A DNA stretch of 50,262 nucleotides from a virus. Every line of letters starts with the position of its first letter. Positions within the stretch are counted from its first letter, which is position 1. Under the pieces are notes generated by a model, which had not been told where the DNA came from, made no database searches, and worked only from the letters and a program-made list of their open reading frames with translations. The stretch covers positions 1 to 50,262 of IMG/VR virus record IMGVR_UViG_3300046697_000178; one strand, 5' to 3'. Positions 9,503 through 18,543 of the stretch are shown here, piece after piece. A program made the position numbers and the translations under genes.

Positions 9503-9820
9503 TCAAGTCTTGAGCGAAAGGACAATCGCGCCGCCGGTGTTGCCGACGATCTTGATGAAGCCCGTGCCGACCAGTTCGTAGGGCAGCTTCGAGGATTGAC
9601 CGGGCAGCAAGGCCAGCGTGCCGCCCGAGGCCACATCCACGGCCAGGCCAAACTCGCCGGCCAGTGTCTCAGACGTGTAGAACGTCAGGGTCGTCATGCC
9701 GGTCGAGGCCGCCGGAATGCGCACGCGGCCCACGACTTGATCGGTCAAGCCGATGGCCGGCGTCGTGGGCAACGAAGAGGTGATCGTGACCGGGTACGGA
9801 TTGAATTGATGCGACGACAT
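9503..9820 (-). CDS. Small beta-rich structural protein (105 aa).
   Basis: Track ORF, tightly packed in the operon, with protein-like composition. Confidence 0.6.
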   Translation of the reverse strand: MSSHQFNPYPVTITSSLPTTPAIGLTDQVVGRVRIPAASTGMTTLTFYTSETLAGEFGLAVDVASGGTLALLPGQSSKLPYELVGTGFIKIVGNTGGAIVLSLKT

Positions 9821-9842
9821 AGTGAACCCGATGGGTTGAAGG

Positions 9843-10709
9843 TCAGAGGGGAATGAGAACGGTTGTTCCGGGGATGCCGGCGTTGAGCGCCTGGTAGGCC
9901 GTCGCGTTCTGGCCGGCGTAGCTGCGCGTTATCAAGGTGGTCGGCGTTGCGTTTTCCGCCCCCGCCACTGCGGCAGCCATGCCCGCGGCGTTGGCTGTGG
10001 CCGCGTTCAGTGCGGTCTGGGTCAGCGCCCCGGAAATGATCCACACTCCCGCCGCGCCCTGCATCGTGCAGTTGACCAAGCCGTACTGCGCCTCGATCGA
10101 GTGGAAGAAGCGTACCTTCGGGTAGAAGCACGGCAGCCCGCCAGCGCCCGCATTCCACGCCGGCACAGTCGGCGTGCCCACAGTGGTCAGGTAGTTGTAG
10201 CTGCCGCTGCCCTGGCCGAGCGTGCCGCCGTTGCCGGACTGGATAACCCCCGTACCGCCGCCGGCCTTGACCCAGCCAAAGAAGTTCCACATGCCGAAAC
10301 GGTTTGCAAAGCCCGCGCCGGTCGTGTCGATCTGCGTCCAACTAATGTAGCTGCCGCTGCTGTTCTGCCCGGCATAGTTGTTGTAGTCGAAGTTCTGGTA
10401 GAGTTTCAGCGACGGGATGGGCGGCCCGGTGGTGCCGCAGTTCAAAATCGAGATGCCATTCTTCGGCTGATGGAGGTACGTCCCGGACGTATACAGTTCC
10501 GTGAAGTTGAAGATCGGCTGCCCGAGGGAGTTAGGCGTGTTGCTAGTGTTGCCGTAACCCTGATTTAAGGCCAGCAAGACCGTAAAGGCCCCCGAGCCGA
10601 TATTGGCCAGCGTGTTGTCGTAGTCGGAGACACCGATCGTGGGCGTATCGCCGTACTGCGCCAGAGATGCACCGTTAAACAAGTTCGTGGTAGCGACGAC
10701 TGCCAGCAT
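9843..10709 (-). CDS. Virion structural protein (288 aa), N/G/T-rich.
   Basis: Track ORF in the tail module. Confidence 0.6.
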   Translation of the reverse strand: MLAVVATTNLFNGASLAQYGDTPTIGVSDYDNTLANIGSGAFTVLLALNQGYGNTSNTPNSLGQPIFNFTELYTSGTYLHQPKNGISILNCGTTGPPIPSLKLYQNFDYNNYAGQNSSGSYISWTQIDTTGAGFANRFGMWNFFGWVKAGGGTGVIQSGNGGTLGQGSGSYNYLTTVGTPTVPAWNAGAGGLPCFYPKVRFFHSIEAQYGLVNCTMQGAAGVWIISGALTQTALNAATANAAGMAAAVAGAENATPTTLITRSYAGQNATAYQALNAGIPGTTVLIPL

Positions 10710-10719
10710 GATTCTCTCC

Positions 10720-12201
10720 TCAGCTTTGCACGACCTTCAGACGGTTGAACGCAAACACGGGATGCACGCCGGTGGCCCGCCTGTCACTGACAAGCTCGGC
10801 AACAACGCCGGAGGTGCCCGGCACGAACGTCGCGGAAAATATCTGTTGATGATCGCCAAAGCCCTGGTCGTGGGCCGGACAATCACTCCAATCCGCGTCC
10901 GTGTAATCGACCGCTGATCCCGTGCCATCGAGGCCCAACGTGTTAATCTGGATCGGCACACTGCTCGGCGCGTTGGTCAAGGCCGTCGTGGCGCTGGGGT
11001 CGATATGGTAGACACCGAACGTCGGCGCGCCGTGCGGATAATCGTTGATGTTGGGAGCGAGGTTCGTGCCGGTCTGCGGGATGGATCGCAACACGCGCAA
11101 CAACGTGCCGTCGAGTTGCAGGTCCATGCCGGAGTGCCAGCCGCTCGGTGCGGAGAACAGTGGGCCATAGGGACCGTTGACCACGGCGGCGCCCGTGGCA
11201 GCCAGGTTGAAATGCCAGAGGTAATGGCGGCTGTTGCCGGTCAGATTGTTGTATGGGTAGTTGGCTGATGACGTGAAATTGATGGCCGAGACCCACACGT
11301 TATTGGCGTCCGTGAAAATTGCCTGCCGCCCGCAGATCAGATCGGCCGCCGTGTTGGGCAGCCAATAGCTCGCCGCGTCGTAGGCGGCCTGCGTCATGCC
11401 GCCCGCCGGCACGGAAACTTTGCCGCTGGGCGTCAGATACCACCATGCGGAACCATCGTAGTAGGCCGCGCCGAGCCGCGTGCCGCCGTAGACCGTGCCG
11501 AACACCACAAAAATCTTTGTGCCGCTGACGGCAATCTGTTGAATCATCGTCGAGCCGCCGGTGATGAACGGCCGACTGGCCCAACCCGTCGTGGCCCACG
11601 ATGAATTAGTGAGCAGGCAGGCATCACACGTTGCGTCGGCCATGAGGAAAGCCGCCCCGATGATCCGCGTCGTACCATCGGCCATGAGCGCAGACTTCGG
11701 CATGTAGGCCGTGGAGTAGGCTGAGCCGCCGGCCGTCAACGACTGGTAGTTCAGAGCCCCGAGGTCCGTCAACACACCCGCGTCGGTCAGCGTCAGCAGA
11801 TGCAAAGCATCCGGCCCCTGCGGGGATATGCTTACCACGGCCTCGACCTGGTTCGCACCCGCGTTGGCGTGAATCGAGGTTCCCAGGTGGGTCGCGCCGA
11901 TCAAGGCATTTACAAGACCGGCGTTGTTGCCGATCGGGAAGCCAAAGAAGTTGAGGTACGCGAAGGATGTCGAGTCGAATTGCCACACTCCCGCCTCTTG
12001 CACCTGCCACGTCTTGCCGATCACGTAAATGTGCGACCCCAGCAACGCCGTGGTCTGCGGGCACTCCCACGGCATGATCTTGGAGGCCAGGCTTTTGTCA
12101 TCCGTGCAGTCCGTCAACGGCATCGCAAAGGACGACGACTTGCAGCCGGAAGACCAGTCGATCGTTTTGCCCGTGGTCGGGTCGGTCATGCGTAGTGCCA
12201 T
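10720..12201 (-). CDS. Tail-associated protein (493 aa), possibly beta-propeller-like.
   Basis: Track ORF with repeated G-T/W-containing beta-strand-like segments. The fold assignment is a guess. Confidence 0.6.
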   Translation of the reverse strand: MALRMTDPTTGKTIDWSSGCKSSSFAMPLTDCTDDKSLASKIMPWECPQTTALLGSHIYVIGKTWQVQEAGVWQFDSTSFAYLNFFGFPIGNNAGLVNALIGATHLGTSIHANAGANQVEAVVSISPQGPDALHLLTLTDAGVLTDLGALNYQSLTAGGSAYSTAYMPKSALMADGTTRIIGAAFLMADATCDACLLTNSSWATTGWASRPFITGGSTMIQQIAVSGTKIFVVFGTVYGGTRLGAAYYDGSAWWYLTPSGKVSVPAGGMTQAAYDAASYWLPNTAADLICGRQAIFTDANNVWVSAINFTSSANYPYNNLTGNSRHYLWHFNLAATGAAVVNGPYGPLFSAPSGWHSGMDLQLDGTLLRVLRSIPQTGTNLAPNINDYPHGAPTFGVYHIDPSATTALTNAPSSVPIQINTLGLDGTGSAVDYTDADWSDCPAHDQGFGDHQQIFSATFVPGTSGVVAELVSDRRATGVHPVFAFNRLKVVQS

Positions 12202-12244
12202 TGCTTTATCCTTTACAGGTCAATCCTGAATCGCGGGTCGTGTC

Positions 12245-12592
12245 TCACACGTTGTGTGTCGGCGGCTGTTTGGCTTCAGTGTCAATGCTGTGCGAATGAA
12301 TGTCGTTGCGTCGGTCCTTCAATAAAATGCGAATCTGATCCTTGATCTCCTCCGGCAACATGCACGGGCTTTCCATCAGCTTGTCCTTGATATCGAGGCT
12401 CAAGCCCTTCACGTCCTCGCTGGTCTGTGACAGCATGGCAATGGTTGCCGTGTTCGCCGATATGACAGTGCCGTTGTCCTTAAAGGCTTTCAGTACGTTC
12501 TTTATCAGCCAGTAGACGAGCCACAGCAGGGCAAAAGCGAAACCGGCAAAGCCCCACTGAATGAAAGGGTTCATCGTGGTTACATCAGACAT
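12245..12592 (-). CDS. Small membrane protein (115 aa), holin candidate.
   Basis: ATG at 12592; one strong TM segment (FIQWGFAGFAFALLWLVYWLI) followed by a charged tail. The region is visibly lower in GC. Confidence 0.55.
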   Translation of the reverse strand: MSDVTTMNPFIQWGFAGFAFALLWLVYWLIKNVLKAFKDNGTVISANTATIAMLSQTSEDVKGLSLDIKDKLMESPCMLPEEIKDQIRILLKDRRNDIHSHSIDTEAKQPPTHNV

Positions 12593-12969
12593 GGAGGATG
12601 CTTCCTTGTTGCATGGTGCCTTGAGAGCATGAACGCCGCATCCTTCACGACGTTGCGGTTGTAGTCCTTCCAGTTGCCTAAATGGCCGACGTGGAAGTGG
12701 TCCTTCTGCGTCGGGTACATGCACAGCGTGATCAGATTCGTTTCGTCCAACTCCCGCGACGGATCGACGGAGACCGGAATCTTGTGATGCACTTCCAAGT
12801 CCAACTCCGTACCGCACGCGGCACACGTGGGGTGCTTCGCCAGGAACCAGGCCCGCAGGGTAGGCCAGTGCGGCGACCGATTTTCCAGCCAGGCGCGTAG
12901 ATGGGCGGAGAGCGGAGTCGTGCCCCGCCCCCACCACCACGCGCGTAGATGCGGCCAGGGGTTCGTCAT
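12580..12969 (-). CDS. HNH endonuclease (129 aa).
   Basis: CAACG..LEVHHKIP..ETNLITLC..HFHVGH matches CxxC / HH / N / C-H spacing of the HNH motif. ATGA overlap with the upstream gene (12966..12969). Confidence 0.8.
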   Translation of the reverse strand: MTNPWPHLRAWWWGRGTTPLSAHLRAWLENRSPHWPTLRAWFLAKHPTCAACGTELDLEVHHKIPVSVDPSRELDETNLITLCMYPTQKDHFHVGHLGNWKDYNRNVVKDAAFMLSRHHATRKHPPCLM

Positions 12970-13754
12970 TCGCCGGTCACCTCTGCCAAGTCGGCTTGCA
13001 AGGTGGCCAGGTCGAAACCACAAGGGGCCATGCCAGAGGACACCCAATCCTTGGCGATGATCGCATACGCCTCCCGACCGAAGGCTTGCCACCACGCCCA
13101 CGTCGCCTTTTGCAGGCCGCCCCAGGTAACGACCGTGATCGTCGAAGCGTCGTAGGCCACGATGGGCACGCAATGCCCGCCGCCATTTTGCGGGTCGCCG
13201 GAGTTGCCGATGTCCCACACACGGCCCGCCGAATTGACCTCCATCATCTGGTCGGTGCAAACGATGCCCGTGTTGAGCGAGCCAAAAATCTGCACGCCCT
13301 GCTTTAGGTGGACGGTGTTCGCGGGTTCGACCGCCGCGTAGCCCAGAATCTTATCCGTGCCCCCGTACAGGCCCGTCTGACGCCAGTAGTTTTGCACGTC
13401 GATCAAGTTGCAGCCGTTGTCTGTGTTCGGATCGCCGTTGAAACCCGAGACGGCCGCGTAGTCGTTGCACACGTACTGGTCGTCGGCAATCAGCGGCGTA
13501 CCGTGAACATTCGCCGTCCAGCACTCGATCTGATGGTACGGCCCGGCAATAGCGCAGTCGCCAAGCTGGTCATTCAGGTACATGGGCCACTTCTTTACCT
13601 TGCCTGTCCAGTTCACCGCGGCGGGCGGCGGAGCCAAGTCCCTGGGCAGGTACTTGGCCAGCATCAGTCGCCGCTGCATCTTGCGGCTGTCGTGCGGCAG
13701 AAACTTCAGTCCCAGGCGGGGGTATCGCTGAACCAGGGGGATTTCGACAAACAT
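12966..13754 (-). CDS. Papain-like cysteine peptidase (262 aa); endolysin or virion protease candidate.
   Basis: NDQLGDCAIAG (Cys nucleophile context), GGGHCVPIVAYD (His) and TWGG.. follow the order of the papain-fold Cys..His..(Asn/Trp) catalytic residues. Confidence 0.55.
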   Translation of the reverse strand: MFVEIPLVQRYPRLGLKFLPHDSRKMQRRLMLAKYLPRDLAPPPAAVNWTGKVKKWPMYLNDQLGDCAIAGPYHQIECWTANVHGTPLIADDQYVCNDYAAVSGFNGDPNTDNGCNLIDVQNYWRQTGLYGGTDKILGYAAVEPANTVHLKQGVQIFGSLNTGIVCTDQMMEVNSAGRVWDIGNSGDPQNGGGHCVPIVAYDASTITVVTWGGLQKATWAWWQAFGREAYAIIAKDWVSSGMAPCGFDLATLQADLAEVTGE

Positions 13755-13763
13755 GGTGGCGTC

Positions 13764-13850
13764 CTATTTGGGGTTGGCTTGCACAACGTCGTATCCGAGT
13801 CGGTGCATGAGATACATCCTCAGTAGTTCTTCACGGCGTTCTAACGACAT
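13764..13850 (-). CDS. 28-aa small ORF (MSLERREELLRMYLMHRLGYDVVQANPK).
   Basis: GGAG lies 8 nt upstream of the ATG at 13850. It fills the gap between two genes and is below the track size cutoff. Confidence 0.35.
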   Translation of the reverse strand: MSLERREELLRMYLMHRLGYDVVQANPK

Positions 13851-13859
13851 GGAAATCTC

Positions 13860-14393
13860 CTAACGAACGGTGGGAACAACATCCCACTCGACCGGCGCGT
13901 CGGGCGGGGTAATGACGGGCGTGGGGGCCACCACGGGCGGAGCCACCACGGGCGGCGGGCTGACGGGATCCGGCGCCGGCAAGGGCTTCTGCCATACAAT
14001 GGCCAGCGTCAATAAGGCGAACAACACCGCCATCGTGCAGATGGTCGACAGTTGATTCTTGTTGTCGGAAGAGGGGTAATTGTGGTTCACGGTATTGGTG
14101 GTGCTGACCGGACTGTTGGTGAATACTTCCACGTCGTCACTCCCCGCGGCCGTGCCTCCCGAGACTGGTTCCTTGAGAGTGGCCGCACCGATGCCCGCCT
14201 GCTTGTCGCACACCGCGTTCATGCGGGCGCGATACAATTCCTGATCCTGGTCAAGGGCTAGCATCTTCTTGCCGAAGCGTGCCCCCTCAAAAGCCATCGC
14301 GGCCGTCGCCAGGTCGGCTTCGGTCCTAGACGGGCAAGGCGGCAATGTCGGAGGGGCTACCATTTTGCGCCTCAATTTCCTGTTCAGTTGCAC
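13860..14393 (-). CDS. Membrane protein with one TM segment and a Pro-rich C-terminal tail; spanin- or holin-like candidate. The start is uncertain (14363 or 14297 are also possible).
   Basis: TM segment LSTICTMAVLFALLTLAIVW followed by PLPAPDPVSPPPVVAPPVVAPTPVITPP. Confidence 0.5.
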   Translation of the reverse strand: MQLNRKLRRKMVAPPTLPPCPSRTEADLATAAMAFEGARFGKKMLALDQDQELYRARMNAVCDKQAGIGAATLKEPVSGGTAAGSDDVEVFTNSPVSTTNTVNHNYPSSDNKNQLSTICTMAVLFALLTLAIVWQKPLPAPDPVSPPPVVAPPVVAPTPVITPPDAPVEWDVVPTVR

Positions 14394-14522
14394 ACAACGC
14401 CGCCGCAGCTTCGGCTACGGCCTCGGAAACAAACGGCACGAGGGTCAGCTTATGGGAAGCCGCACCCTCGGCCGCAGAAAGTTCCATTCTTAGATCGAAG
14501 TCGTCCAAGACGGCACCTTGTT

Positions 14523-14825
14523 TTACTTGGTTGCGGGTGCGCCGGAGTTGACTCCGGCGTCGCCGGCGGGCGACTGCGGCTGACCGCCAGCCGCGCGCTG
14601 CGCCAGGATGTCGCTGGCCAGCTTGTTGGTCTGCAACTGGTTGGCGGCGTTCGCCTGGTACAGTTGCGTCATTTGCAGGAACACGTTGTCGGTCAGGTTC
14701 GACAACTGCGCCGACGACTTGTTCGACAACGCTTGAATCTGCTGAAACTGGGCTACGTTGCCCTGAAACAGCACGTCCATCGACTTTTCCAAAGCGGCGT
14801 CGATGTTGGTCTCGGGATACGCCAT
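14523..14825 (-). CDS. Small helical Q/N/A-rich protein (100 aa).
   Basis: Track ORF in the operon. Confidence 0.55.
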   Translation of the reverse strand: MAYPETNIDAALEKSMDVLFQGNVAQFQQIQALSNKSSAQLSNLTDNVFLQMTQLYQANAANQLQTNKLASDILAQRAAGGQPQSPAGDAGVNSGAPATK

Positions 14826-14837
14826 GTGAAAAACTCC

Positions 14838-15785
14838 TTATCGCACGGAGGTGTTGATTGTCCCCGTGCCGGCCGTGCCCGACTTGGGAATGAGTTGCAA
14901 GGTCACGGTCTGCCCCAGTTGCACCTTGACCGAATGTTTTACGACGCCGTTCTGATCGGCGACCTCGAAGGTGAAGAAATTAGGATTGGCCACGCCGTCT
15001 TTCCCCGGCGACCCCGCCGGCCCCGCGGGTCCAGTGTCGCCTTTCGGTCCAGGGATCGTCGAATCCTTTCCAGGAATCCCTTGCGGCCCGACAGGTCCAG
15101 CAGGTCCGGGCGGCCCGACAGTAGGTATCGGTGCAGGCTCCGGCGCAGGTGTGGGGGCTGGGGGCGGCAAGGGAGTCGGTATCGGCATTGGTCCGGGGAC
15201 CGGCATAGGCGACGGGCTCGGTCCTGGCATCGGGCCGGGCGTCGGTTGGGGCTGTGGAGGAACCGGGCAAGGGCACGGTTGCCAGCCGCCATCAAATAGC
15301 CACTGAATCACGTTGCGAATGGGATGGAAGCCAATCAGGCGTTTCTGTACCGACTGACCGCGGGCGTCCTTGGAGTAGTAGAGCAACTGCGGATAGCCGC
15401 GGACCCCATGCGCCTCAGAGAGGACAAGTTCGGGATAGGCCGCATAGTCCACGACGGCGACCGACAAGCCTTGTGCCTGCAACGTCGGCAAGACCTCGCT
15501 CTTGACCTGTTCGCAGTACGGACAGTTGGGCGTCGTCAACAGCACGGCGAAAGGCTGGGATCGCGTCTCCCATTGCTCGACGGCCACGCGATAGGACTGG
15601 GGGCCATCGACAACGCGCACCACCTGCGCCTCGACGGGGACGCGGATTTCCTGCAAGGATTCGACGGAACGTAGCGATTCAACGGGACGCACGCAACGGC
15701 CGCCGGCACAATTCGTGCATTGCCCGCTGCCCCACGACGAAGCGAGAACTACCACCAACACGGCGAACAGTAGTTTGAACTTCAT
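14838..15785 (-). CDS. Secreted or virion protein (315 aa): signal peptide, thioredoxin-fold domain (CPYC), Pro-rich linker, collagen-like G-X-Y repeats and a C-terminal beta domain.
   Basis: Start MKFKLLFAVLVVVLASSWGSGQC at ATG 15785; TTPNCPYCEQVK; GPPGPAGPVGPQGIPGKD..GPKGDTGPAGPAGSPGKDG. Confidence 0.7.
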   Translation of the reverse strand: MKFKLLFAVLVVVLASSWGSGQCTNCAGGRCVRPVESLRSVESLQEIRVPVEAQVVRVVDGPQSYRVAVEQWETRSQPFAVLLTTPNCPYCEQVKSEVLPTLQAQGLSVAVVDYAAYPELVLSEAHGVRGYPQLLYYSKDARGQSVQKRLIGFHPIRNVIQWLFDGGWQPCPCPVPPQPQPTPGPMPGPSPSPMPVPGPMPIPTPLPPPAPTPAPEPAPIPTVGPPGPAGPVGPQGIPGKDSTIPGPKGDTGPAGPAGSPGKDGVANPNFFTFEVADQNGVVKHSVKVQLGQTVTLQLIPKSGTAGTGTINTSVR

Positions 15786-15885
15786 GGCTTGACCCCAAAA
15801 AGGTTGTCTCTCAACGCCCCAGGCCGCCGTGTTCATCCAGTGAACTGCGGCGGCCGAGGTCTTGGGGCGCGTCGGGGGACGACGA

Positions 15886-16125
15886 CTACATGCCGCCCAT
15901 GAACGCACTCACGTCGCTCACGAGCGTACCTTCGGCGGCCGTCACGGCAGCGGCGGTCGAGCCCTGCGCGTCCTGGTCGCTGCTCAAGGTGGACTGCGCG
16001 GCCAGCAACGCGGCTTGGTCGGCGGTCACTGTGGACTGCGCCAAAGTGTCGGCGGAGACGGCGGCCTTCAAACCGTCAATGTCCGCTTGCAGTTGGGTCA
16101 GTTGTTCCGGGGTCGGATTTGCCAT
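15886..16125 (-). CDS. Small Ala/Gln-rich helical protein (79 aa).
   Basis: ATG at 16125 (MANPTPEQL) preceded by GGGAGA. The His-rich extension in the track ORF is probably untranslated. Confidence 0.55.
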   Translation of the reverse strand: MANPTPEQLTQLQADIDGLKAAVSADTLAQSTVTADQAALLAAQSTLSSDQDAQGSTAAAVTAAEGTLVSDVSAFMGGM

Positions 16126-16236
16126 TGGATTCTCCCAGTGATGATGATGGTGGTAATGGTGTCGCATTCAACGCCGCAAGCCGGCGGCCCTGATCCTGCC
16201 AGGAACCGCCGGCTAAAAGGCGTCCACGCCGAGAAC

Positions 16237-17316
16237 TCATCCCGCCAGTTGCGCACACCGCCACCAATCGACGGTAATCGACGGCACGGTGGCCCCGTGG
16301 TAGTAGGCTCCCATCGCAAACGTCATGGGATGCGACGGCCAGGCCGAGCCAGGGCTGGCGGCCGTGCCAATCGCGGTGGTGGTGATGACCTTATTGGGGC
16401 CGGACAAACCGTTCTGCGCGATGCCGTTGATGTACGGCGTCAGCGTCTTGGCATTCGGGTCGAACAGGAAGCCGAGCTTCAGGTACGCACCGATGTTCGT
16501 CGCGGCCACCGAGGTCGGGATGCCGCCCGGACCAGCCACGTTCAGAATCGGCGAGGGGCCGCCAGCCGCACCGATGGCCGCCACGCCAGTCGCCCCACCG
16601 AGAACCAGCAGGTTCAAAGCGGAATTGGTGCTTTGATCGGCGACCGTGCCCGTGGCCACGTTGTAGCACAGACCGATTTTGCCGGCGCCATCGCCTTGCC
16701 GACAACTGAAGCCCAGCAGGTCCGCCGTCGTGCTGGGGCCGCCATCGCCTTGCGGCACGCCGCTGGCCGTAGCCAACGCACTCGACAGACCGATGAAGAA
16801 GCTGATCGTGCCGGTCGGCAAGTCGCTGAACCGCAACCGCGTCTCGAAGAATACCGGACCCTGCACGCCCGAGGTGAGCATGTACGGCCGGAAGCAGCCC
16901 GCTCCGGTTCCCGTGCCGTTGAGGCTCAGGATCAACTGCGCCTGCGGATTCCCGGAAGAGGGCGTCAAGGTCACCTGGCCGGGCGTGGGAATCACGGAAC
17001 TGCCAGCATACAGGATCGCGTTGCCGTTGGCGCTGTAGACGTTGGTGGCCGCCGGCACGGTCCAATCAGCATTGGTCGGCACGACGGTCTGCGTCGAGGA
17101 GCCTTCGTAACTGCGGTAGGTGTTGCCTTCCGAGTTGTAGTAAGCCACGTTGCTCGACGGCGCGGCGCTGCTGGCGAAGTTGCGGAAATCGTCGCCCAGC
17201 ATCCAGCCGATGTCGCGGTCGCCGTGACCTTGCAACAGGTCCAACGGCACATTTTGCCACAGGGCCTGACTGAGACCAAAAACGTCTCCGCTCGGGCCGG
17301 TGATTCTGTTACCCAT
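16237..17316 (-). CDS. Capsid-associated structural protein (359 aa); possible jelly-roll or lectin-like decoration protein.
   Basis: Immediately downstream of the major capsid gene, with FETRLRFSDL..FFIGL..LGF beta-sandwich-like motifs. The product is inferred. Confidence 0.55.
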   Translation of the reverse strand: MGNRITGPSGDVFGLSQALWQNVPLDLLQGHGDRDIGWMLGDDFRNFASSAAPSSNVAYYNSEGNTYRSYEGSSTQTVVPTNADWTVPAATNVYSANGNAILYAGSSVIPTPGQVTLTPSSGNPQAQLILSLNGTGTGAGCFRPYMLTSGVQGPVFFETRLRFSDLPTGTISFFIGLSSALATASGVPQGDGGPSTTADLLGFSCRQGDGAGKIGLCYNVATGTVADQSTNSALNLLVLGGATGVAAIGAAGGPSPILNVAGPGGIPTSVAATNIGAYLKLGFLFDPNAKTLTPYINGIAQNGLSGPNKVITTTAIGTAASPGSAWPSHPMTFAMGAYYHGATVPSITVDWWRCAQLAG

Positions 17317-17376
17317 GATCTATCTCTCGCTTCTGAAAATTGTGGTTGAAGGAAAAACGCACGCCGGTCACACGGC

Positions 17377-18513
17377 TCAGTTCGACTCGGTGACGGTCGA
17401 ATTGCTGGTGACGATGAAGTTGCCGCGCCGATTCTGACAGAGGATTTGGCAGCAGTGATCCAGGTGGCGCCAGCGACCCAGGTGATTGTACATGTCGCGT
17501 TCCGGCGGCGACTTGAGCATGTTCAGGCTGCTCTTGGTCATAAACTTCCAGGTCTTCCAGTTGACGCCCAATACCGGGCCGTTGGTCTGCGCCACGCCGA
17601 ACGACTGGTTGTTCCACGCCGGTACCCAGTTCATGGGCACGCCGCGGATGATGACCGTATCCTTCCATTTGTCGATGTTGCCCTTCATGTTGTCATTCTG
17701 GCTGGCCGAAATCTTCCGCGCGATCTTCAAGCGGGAGTAGGTGGTCAGCAGTTCCCAGTCAGCTTTCGTCGTGGGCGACAACTCGGCATACGCCTGCGCG
17801 GGCGTGAACTCACACTTGTCCATGCACTCGATGATGGTGTCCACGGCGTCGTCTTCCGTGAAGACGTTGTACGCGCCGCAGCGGTTACGCCAGCCGGCGT
17901 ACTGTGTGGCGGAAATGCCGCCCGTGCCGACCGACGAGAATCCGGGCGGATCGAGGCCCAAGAAGTCGGAGGTAACGCTGCCCGTGATCGTGTTGGTGAT
18001 GCCCGCCGCGGTGAGGGCGGCCGAGTTGTACGGCTGAATCCACCACAGCAGCGAAGCCGGCGGCGGCTTGACTTGCGTGGGACTGGTCGGTCCCGTGCCG
18101 AACATCAGCTTTTCCATGCCGGAGAAGAAGGTGTTGTACAGGCCGTGTTCCTTCACGTCCAACCACTTGAGGATGCGGACGGGCGCGCCGTTGAATTGAT
18201 CCTCCCGCAGATCGTAGCTGTAGTTCGCCTTGACAAACGACCAGAACATGCTGCCCTGGGTCAAGGTGTCCTTGCGGGATGTGGTGTCTGGGTCATGCAG
18301 GCCGGTCACGGCGAACGTGTCGTCGTAATCGTATTGCACGTCCCACTTCACCAACGCACCTTCCATCTCCTCGGGCTTGGCCTTCGAGAAGAGACGCTGC
18401 GCGTAGTAATACTTTTGCAGCGGCGTGGAAATGTCTTCCCATTCGTTCTTCTCGTAGAACGGAAGATTGGCGACAATGAAGTCGTCGATATTTTGCAGTT
18501 GAATTGCGGGCAT
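17377..18513 (-). CDS. Major capsid protein (378 aa).
   Basis: Canonical portal-scaffold-capsid gene order, appropriate size, and good protein-like composition. Confidence 0.7.
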   Translation of the reverse strand: MPAIQLQNIDDFIVANLPFYEKNEWEDISTPLQKYYYAQRLFSKAKPEEMEGALVKWDVQYDYDDTFAVTGLHDPDTTSRKDTLTQGSMFWSFVKANYSYDLREDQFNGAPVRILKWLDVKEHGLYNTFFSGMEKLMFGTGPTSPTQVKPPPASLLWWIQPYNSAALTAAGITNTITGSVTSDFLGLDPPGFSSVGTGGISATQYAGWRNRCGAYNVFTEDDAVDTIIECMDKCEFTPAQAYAELSPTTKADWELLTTYSRLKIARKISASQNDNMKGNIDKWKDTVIIRGVPMNWVPAWNNQSFGVAQTNGPVLGVNWKTWKFMTKSSLNMLKSPPERDMYNHLGRWRHLDHCCQILCQNRRGNFIVTSNSTVTESN

Positions 18514-18543
18514 TGAAAAAACTCCTCAGAACAGCGGACGCCG

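Noticed and set aside
14939-15306. ORFs antisense or out of frame over the collagen and Pro-rich segment (14939..15295, 14971..15306, 14980..15276).
   Set aside because: These are products of the repetitive CCN/GGN coding of the collagen-like gene on the minus strand. They have no independent support.
15886-16167. His-rich N-terminus (MRHHYHHHHHW) of the track ORF as a natural metal-binding tag.
   Set aside because: It lies upstream of a better start (ATG 16125 with GGGAGA), so the His run is most likely untranslated leader sequence (atgatgatggtggtaatggtg).
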